Part shown: piece after piece, positions 58,275 through 64,000 of the stretch
Numbering within the stretch: the stretch's first letter is position 1
Layout: every line of letters starts with the position of its first letter
From: an uncultured delta proteobacterium
GTDB taxonomy: Bacteria > Desulfobacterota > Desulfobacteria > Desulfobacterales > QNYZ01
DNA: 64,000 nucleotides
Assembly (NCBI GenBank): GCA_963845145.1
Contig: CAWJQU010000002.1
Location: 544,001-608,000 of the forward strand
Direction: 5' to 3'
Program-made: the position numbers and the translations under genes
The notes under the pieces: model-generated
The model's database searches: none
What the model saw: the letters and a program-made list of their open reading frames with translations, nothing else
What the model was told of the DNA's origin: nothing

Positions 58275-59336
58275 ATGATAAAAAAAGCCCTCCTGTTAAT
58301 GGCGCTCATCATCTTTTTAACCGCTGCTTATTATCCGGCATCGGCGGAATCCCCGCCTCAAATCAGAATCGCCATTAAAGAATTCCCCCCGTTTGTTTTT
58401 AAAGAGTTAAAAGGCTTCTGCATCGATTTGGCCCGAATCATTTGTGAAAAAAATAATTTGACGCCAAAATTTGTGCGCTACGATAGTGTTCCGGAACTCC
58501 TCGATGCTGTGGCTTCCAAAGAGTGTCACCTGGCTTTTTCAGGCATTACCATTACGGCCGAGCGTGAAAAACGGCTGGATTTTTCTCAGCCTTTTTTTGA
58601 CTCCGGTCTGTCCATCGCCGTACGAGCGGAAGGATCAAAAAAATTTACGGGGATTCCTAAAGCGGTTTTAAAGCTGATCGGTTATTCGGTTCTTATCCTT
58701 TTTATCGCCCTGACCGTTGTGGCGCATGTCATCTGGTTTATCGAAAAAAACGATGCGGAGCCTAAAAGCTTTTCAACCCACTACGGCCGGGGGATCATGG
58801 GCGCATATTGGTGGGCAGTGGTTACCATGACAACTGTCGGATATGGGGACAAGTGCCCGAAAAAGGTCAGTGGCCGGTTTATTGCCGCCATTTGGATGAT
58901 CATCGGTATTATGTGGTTTGCCGGGTTTACGGCGACGCTATCTTCAGCCCTGACCGTGGAAAGAATGGAACATGGCGAGATTGCAGGCTTATCGGATCTA
59001 AACAATAAACATGTGGCGGTAATAAGAGGGACAACCAGCGAAAATTACCTTCGCTTTCATAATGTCAAGATGCTTTTGGCCGACAACCTGGATGATCTGG
59101 TCGGTATTTTAAAAAGGCAGAATGCGGATGCCATTGTGTATGATGCGCCCGCGCTTTTGTATATTTCCAAAATGGATCCATCCATAAAAGTCGTGGGAGC
59201 GTTGTTTGATAAGCAACGCTACGGGGTTGTCTTTCCCCAAAACGGAAACCTTCAGTATAAGGAATTGTTTAATATCGCCATCATCGATATGCAAAAAACC
59301 GGCGAGTATCAGAAAATTTATGACAAGTGGTTCTAA
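58275..59336 (+). CDS. GluR0-like ligand-gated potassium channel
   Basis: Signal peptide, SBP family 3 lobe (ITITAEREK.LDFSQPF), TM, pore WWAVVTMTTVGYGD, TM, second lobe ending IYDKWF. Confidence 0.88.
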   Translation: MIKKALLLMALIIFLTAAYYPASAESPPQIRIAIKEFPPFVFKELKGFCIDLARIICEKNNLTPKFVRYDSVPELLDAVASKECHLAFSGITITAEREKRLDFSQPFFDSGLSIAVRAEGSKKFTGIPKAVLKLIGYSVLILFIALTVVAHVIWFIEKNDAEPKSFSTHYGRGIMGAYWWAVVTMTTVGYGDKCPKKVSGRFIAAIWMIIGIMWFAGFTATLSSALTVERMEHGEIAGLSDLNNKHVAVIRGTTSENYLRFHNVKMLLADNLDDLVGILKRQNADAIVYDAPALLYISKMDPSIKVVGALFDKQRYGVVFPQNGNLQYKELFNIAIIDMQKTGEYQKIYDKWF

Positions 59337-59341
59337 ACATC

Positions 59342-60187
59342 ATGCCCCCATTACATCATCAACCCATTCGTGTCAGTATCATTATCCCCACTTTCAACCG
59401 GGCATGGGCACTAAAGGATGCCATCGATTCGGTTTTGACCCAGAAGGCCGACAACTTTGAACTTATTGTTGTGGATGATGGCTCAAGTGACCATACCCAG
59501 GCGCTCTTGGCGGATTACACGGGACGGCTTGTCAATCTAAAACAGAAGAACCGCGGTGTCAGTTCCGCCCGAAACGCTGGTATTCGCATTGCCCGCGGGT
59601 CATTGATCGCTTTTCTTGATTCTGACGATCAATGGCTGCCCGGCAAACTGGCAACCCAAACCGCTTTTTTTATGGCACACCCCGAAGCCGCCATTTGTCA
59701 AACCGAAGAGATCTGGGTCCGCAACGGCATCAGGGTTAACCCTAAAAAAAAGCACGCCAAACCATCCGGAGATATATTTGAACGTTCGCTCTCGCTATGC
59801 CTGGTCAGCCCGTCAGCGGTCATGCTGAGGCGGGAATTATTTGATGATGTGGGGCTTTTTGATGAGACCCTTCCGGCTTGCGAAGATTATGATCTGTGGC
59901 TACGGATCGGCTACCGGTATCCGGTTCATTTAATCAAAACGCCTTTGATTATGAAACGCGGCGGCCATTCGGACCAGCTGTCACGACAAACCGGACTGGA
60001 TCGATATCGCATTCAGTCGTTGCTCGGCCTCATTCAAAGCGGCTGTTTATCATCTTCGCAACAATCGCAAGCCACAGCGGTTTTTAAGGAAAAGTGCCGC
60101 ATATATGCCGAGGGGTGCCGAAAACGAGGGCGTGAAACCGAGGCCAAGTATTTTAACCGGTTAGCGAGGACCCGTTCAAAACCATAA
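59342..60187 (+). CDS. Glycosyltransferase family 2
   Basis: VSIIIPTFNR, VVDDGSSD, ARNAG, FLDSDD, EDYDLWLR. Confidence 0.93.
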   Translation: MPPLHHQPIRVSIIIPTFNRAWALKDAIDSVLTQKADNFELIVVDDGSSDHTQALLADYTGRLVNLKQKNRGVSSARNAGIRIARGSLIAFLDSDDQWLPGKLATQTAFFMAHPEAAICQTEEIWVRNGIRVNPKKKHAKPSGDIFERSLSLCLVSPSAVMLRRELFDDVGLFDETLPACEDYDLWLRIGYRYPVHLIKTPLIMKRGGHSDQLSRQTGLDRYRIQSLLGLIQSGCLSSSQQSQATAVFKEKCRIYAEGCRKRGRETEAKYFNRLARTRSKP

Positions 60188-60206
60188 GATAAAAAGCAGT
60201 GCGGGG

Positions 60207-63200
60207 TTAAACCATTCGTTCGCTTTCCAGCAGCAGCTCTTTTAATCGCTTGGCGGATACCGGGTGGGGGATCTTGAGTTCCTGGGCAAAAACCGACACC
60301 TTGTAGGCTTCCAGCAGCCAGAAAAAGGTTTCAACCGCCTCGCGTTTCATGCTGGATGTGGTCGGCGATAAACGATTTAACGCATCATCCAGTTGATCTG
60401 AAAAAAACCGGACTTTCTCGGCTTTGTGCTGGTCTTTATTCAGGTTCACCGCCCCCCGTTGGGCACGAATGGCAATCGCCTCGATATAATAGGGTAGATC
60501 ATTCAATCGGTTTACGTCGTACAAAGCGATAAAGTTTTCAGGTATCAAACGGTTGAGGTCATCGAAACGCCGGTCAATGAAACGATTAAGAGAGATGTTC
60601 GCGATATATCTGGATTGCCACTCGGCCAGCCGGGTATGCGTATGGTGGAAAGCGTTTAGGATCGGCACCACAGCTCCCAAGAGGGTCTGCCCGCCTTGAT
60701 ATAGCTGCTGAGCGGCGGCATTCAAATGCGCGAAAAACACTTTTTGTGTCCGAATATTTTTAGCAAACTGCGCCGATAAAACTTTTTCGAAGAGTTGAAG
60801 CTCCACGGTTGCCGGCCCACCGAATAAGGACGTTTTGGATCTTACCGCTTTTGGAACCTTCAATGTCCTTTTCAGATGTTTCACCTCTTTGCTCAGCTGT
60901 AATATCGCCAGCTGCTTGACACCTTTCGGATGGGCCTGTATCGCCTGCGCATAGCTCGAAAATAACCGCAGGCTGACGGTCTCCGGCTGGCCCGGCCTGG
61001 CCGGTTCAGCCGTTAATCCCGGGTATGCCACCCCTGGTGTGTCACCGTTCTGCCGGGTTCCATCCGCATTATCTTGGGGGGGCAGGTCAATGGACTTTGC
61101 AACCCCTTCAAAATCCCACTGGGTAATGTTCGTTCGCTCCCAGACCTTTTTATAATTATGCATTCGTTTCGAATCATCGGGCGCCACAAAGTCTTGACGT
61201 AAAATAGCCGGATTCCGACTACTTGCAATTTCCCGCCCCCCGGTGTCTACAATAACGATGCGCATTTTCAGATGATCCGGTAACGCACCGGGCGCCCAAT
61301 TGAAAGCGGGGATGTGAATACCAAAGCACTGATGAATCACGCCGCCCAGGACATTGATCAAAGGCTGCCGATCTGTTTCACAGGGTATCTTTGTGACGAT
61401 TTTTTCAACGGCTTGCGGCATTGGCCCCAATCGACGTCGATAGGTTTTCGGCAACCCTTTGACAAGGTCTTTGATCTTCTCGCCGATTAAACCCGGCACC
61501 AACCAGTCCGGAGCACCCACGGGAACTGTGGCGGCCGCCCCGGCGGGGATTTCCACAGTAACCCCATCGGCGGGATTACCGGGGTCGTAAATATAAGAAC
61601 AGGGGTAGCGACTTTCTCCTAAATGAACCATATCAGGGTACCCGGCCAACAGCGATTCTTCCGGATGAAAACGCATCAAAGCTTCTTTGGGCATTTGCAG
61701 GAACGCATCTCCCCCGGCTGCTTTAATTTTTTTATTCAGTAAACGGACATTCCAAACATCGGTAAGATGGCAGCGATAAAAATCGGCCACGACCTCCGTA
61801 CCCACAAACAGATCCCGGCACCTCAGCCGGCTTTCCATGCTGATAACCTCATCAATCAGAGTCTGGTTGTGATGAATAAACGCAAACGGTTGCCGCAGAT
61901 CCGCCGGAACCAAAGCATCATCAATAAAAATATCACATGCTTTTTCCGTTTCGATCCGCCCGTAAACCACAGGGCGGCGAGAGACGATAACCAGTCCGAA
62001 GAGGCTTACCTGCTCGAAGGCCATCACGGTTTCTTTATGACGGTCCCAGTGGGGGTCGCTGTACGAATATCGGCAACGATCCTTGCCCAGGGCTTCCAGC
62101 CAGCCGGGATCAATGCGGGCGACGACACGGGCAAAAAGCCTCGAGGTCAGCACCATTTCGGCGGCCACGATCCACTTACCCGCCCGGTTAAACAGGCCGG
62201 AGCCCGGGAAAACCATGGCTTCCCGTCCTTTGGCGCCCATATACATGTTTTTCTCTTTTTTACAGGCGATATTGGAGAGAAAGCCGCTCAGGATCGACCG
62301 GTGCAATGCCGAATAATGAGGTGAAAAATCGCCGGCAGGCGTATCGGCCAGGATATCCGCATCGGGCAATGGCCTGACGGACGTCCCCGACTCTTTTAAA
62401 ATGGTGCATAGCTGTTGATGGATATCTTTCCATTCACGCATTCGTCGATAAGATACGAAATGTTTTTGACAGAGCCGCTTGATCTTTCGTGTCCCTATCC
62501 CCGTGGCCAACTCGGCCTGATACCACCGCCAGAGATTTACCAAGGAAATAAAATCGGATCGTTTATCAATCCAGGCGGCATGAGCCTGGTCGGCTGCTTC
62601 CTGCATTTCCAAAGGACGTTCCCGAGGGTCTTGAATACTTAGAGCTGCCGCGATAACGACGATCTCGGGCAGGCAGCCTTGTCGCCCGGCCTCAATCAGT
62701 ATTCGGGAAAGGCGCGGATCAACGGGCAATCGCGCCATCATTCGTCCATCCGTCGTTAGTCGATACACACGACGATCATTGTTATTTTTACGGTGGGCCT
62801 GGATAATCGCACCCAGTTCCAATAATAGTTGATATCCATCCTGAATGCTTTTGGGTGAAGGTGAATCGATAAAGGGAAATTCGGCCATATCTCCCAATTT
62901 AAGCGCAACCATTTGCAATATGACATGCGCCAAATTCGCGCGCAGAATTTCAGGAGGTGTAAACATCGGCCGGGACAAATAATCTTCTTCTGAGTACAAC
63001 CGCACACAAACCCCATCGGTAACCCGTCCGCAACGGCCTTTACGCTGGTCCGCACTACTTCTGGAGATCGACTCTATCGGCAAAAGCGTGCACCGGGACC
63101 TTGGCGTATATCGGGAAATTCGCGCCAACCCGGTATCGACCACGTATTTAATGCCGGGAATCGTAAGGGATGTTTCGGCGACATTGGTAGCAACAATGAT

Positions 63201-63998
63201 TTTGCGTCCCGGGAACCTGGCAAACACTTTTGATTGTTCCGGCCCGGATAGCCGGGCAAAAAGGGGTAATACCGTCGTACCAGAGCCGCACACCCCCTCA
63301 AGCGATCGGCAGGTATCCCGAATATCCTGCTCGGTGGGCATAAAAATGAGAATGTCTCCGTCGCGACTCTGTTTTACGAGCCGCTCCGCCGCTTCCACAG
63401 CCAACTCAACCGGTGACAAATCCGCCGGTTCAGCCCTCGGTCCCGGGCTTTCATAACGAATCTCAACCGGATACATGCGGCCGGATACTTCGATAATCGG
63501 GGCATCGTCAAATGCCTTTGAGAATTTTTCTGTGTCGATAGTCGCCGAAGTAATAATCAACTTCAGGTTTTTACGGCGGGAAATAAGACGCTTTATGATC
63601 CCTAGCGACAGATCGATATTCAGACTGCGTTCATGCGCCTCGTCAACAATCAAAGTATCGTAATCGTTTAGAAATGGGTCCCTCTGAAGTTCAGCCAATA
63701 GAATACCGTCGGTCATTATCTTTACAAATCCATTGATCGACGTCCTGTCCCGAAACCGGATCTTATAGCCTACGGTATCGCCCAACGTTTGATCCAGCTC
63801 CTCGGCGATACGCCGAGCCACGGTGGTGGCCGCTATTCGTCGTGGCTGGGTGCAACCAATGATCCCGTCCAGACCTCGTGAGGCCTCAAGACAAAATTTA
63901 GGAATTTGGGTGGTTTTACCGGATCCTGTATCACCGGAAATGATAATCACCGGATGGCGGCGGATGGCGGCAATGATCTCTTCTTTTTTGGGTAAAAT
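60207..63998 (-). CDS. hrpA: ATP-dependent RNA helicase HrpA (5' end beyond window)
   Basis: GDTGSGKTTQ, TQPRRIAA, DEAH, SAT, QRKGRCGR, C-terminal VSVFAQEL. Confidence 0.95.
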   Translation of the reverse strand: MLPKKEEIIAAIRRHPVIIISGDTGSGKTTQIPKFCLEASRGLDGIIGCTQPRRIAATTVARRIAEELDQTLGDTVGYKIRFRDRTSINGFVKIMTDGILLAELQRDPFLNDYDTLIVDEAHERSLNIDLSLGIIKRLISRRKNLKLIITSATIDTEKFSKAFDDAPIIEVSGRMYPVEIRYESPGPRAEPADLSPVELAVEAAERLVKQSRDGDILIFMPTEQDIRDTCRSLEGVCGSGTTVLPLFARLSGPEQSKVFARFPGRKIIVATNVAETSLTIPGIKYVVDTGLARISRYTPRSRCTLLPIESISRSSADQRKGRCGRVTDGVCVRLYSEEDYLSRPMFTPPEILRANLAHVILQMVALKLGDMAEFPFIDSPSPKSIQDGYQLLLELGAIIQAHRKNNNDRRVYRLTTDGRMMARLPVDPRLSRILIEAGRQGCLPEIVVIAAALSIQDPRERPLEMQEAADQAHAAWIDKRSDFISLVNLWRWYQAELATGIGTRKIKRLCQKHFVSYRRMREWKDIHQQLCTILKESGTSVRPLPDADILADTPAGDFSPHYSALHRSILSGFLSNIACKKEKNMYMGAKGREAMVFPGSGLFNRAGKWIVAAEMVLTSRLFARVVARIDPGWLEALGKDRCRYSYSDPHWDRHKETVMAFEQVSLFGLVIVSRRPVVYGRIETEKACDIFIDDALVPADLRQPFAFIHHNQTLIDEVISMESRLRCRDLFVGTEVVADFYRCHLTDVWNVRLLNKKIKAAGGDAFLQMPKEALMRFHPEESLLAGYPDMVHLGESRYPCSYIYDPGNPADGVTVEIPAGAAATVPVGAPDWLVPGLIGEKIKDLVKGLPKTYRRRLGPMPQAVEKIVTKIPCETDRQPLINVLGGVIHQCFGIHIPAFNWAPGALPDHLKMRIVIVDTGGREIASSRNPAILRQDFVAPDDSKRMHNYKKVWERTNITQWDFEGVAKSIDLPPQDNADGTRQNGDTPGVAYPGLTAEPARPGQPETVSLRLFSSYAQAIQAHPKGVKQLAILQLSKEVKHLKRTLKVPKAVRSKTSLFGGPATVELQLFEKVLSAQFAKNIRTQKVFFAHLNAAAQQLYQGGQTLLGAVVPILNAFHHTHTRLAEWQSRYIANISLNRFIDRRFDDLNRLIPENFIALYDVNRLNDLPYYIEAIAIRAQRGAVNLNKDQHKAEKVRFFSDQLDDALNRLSPTTSSMKREAVETFFWLLEAYKVSVFAQELKIPHPVSAKRLKELLLESERMV

Positions 63999-64000
63999 GG

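Overview
Gene-dense bacterial chromosomal window. The gene content (IorAB, TAXI/TRAP, ADP-forming acyl-CoA ligase, two MoeA, RtcB/archease, a selenoprotein) suggests a sulfate-reducing deltaproteobacterium (Desulfobacterales-like; inference). Most of it is housekeeping or transport: a dpp-type ABC operon, iorAB, PBP1B, hisD, transaldolase, epmA, PMM/PGM, uppP, moeA x2, a DEAD-box helicase, TRAP transporters and hrpA. I found no rRNA, tRNA, CRISPR array or intact transposase. Highlights: (1) 8-bp-period tandem arrays with palindromic cores (CCGG or AGCT) sit against start and stop codons with a consistent strand polarity, and one inverted pair encloses a four-helix-bundle (IVS-protein/bAvd-like) gene between rtcB and uppP, making the whole insert a potential mRNA stem-loop. 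(2) A three-gene operon with a sigma-54-type promoter encodes an unknown protein, an archaeal-type membrane-anchored LonB protease and a cytidylate-kinase-like protein. (3) A rhodanese with an in-frame UGA (CxU) and a SECIS-like hairpin is truncated in the ORF track. (4) A rearranged AT-rich patch at 12.3-16.1 kb holds a ~280-bp duplication, a nucleotidyltransferase TA-like pair, microhomology-joined acylase fragments, a Gly-rich protein with an unusual leader and two homologous small ORFs. All calls come from reading the sequence by eye; no searches were run.
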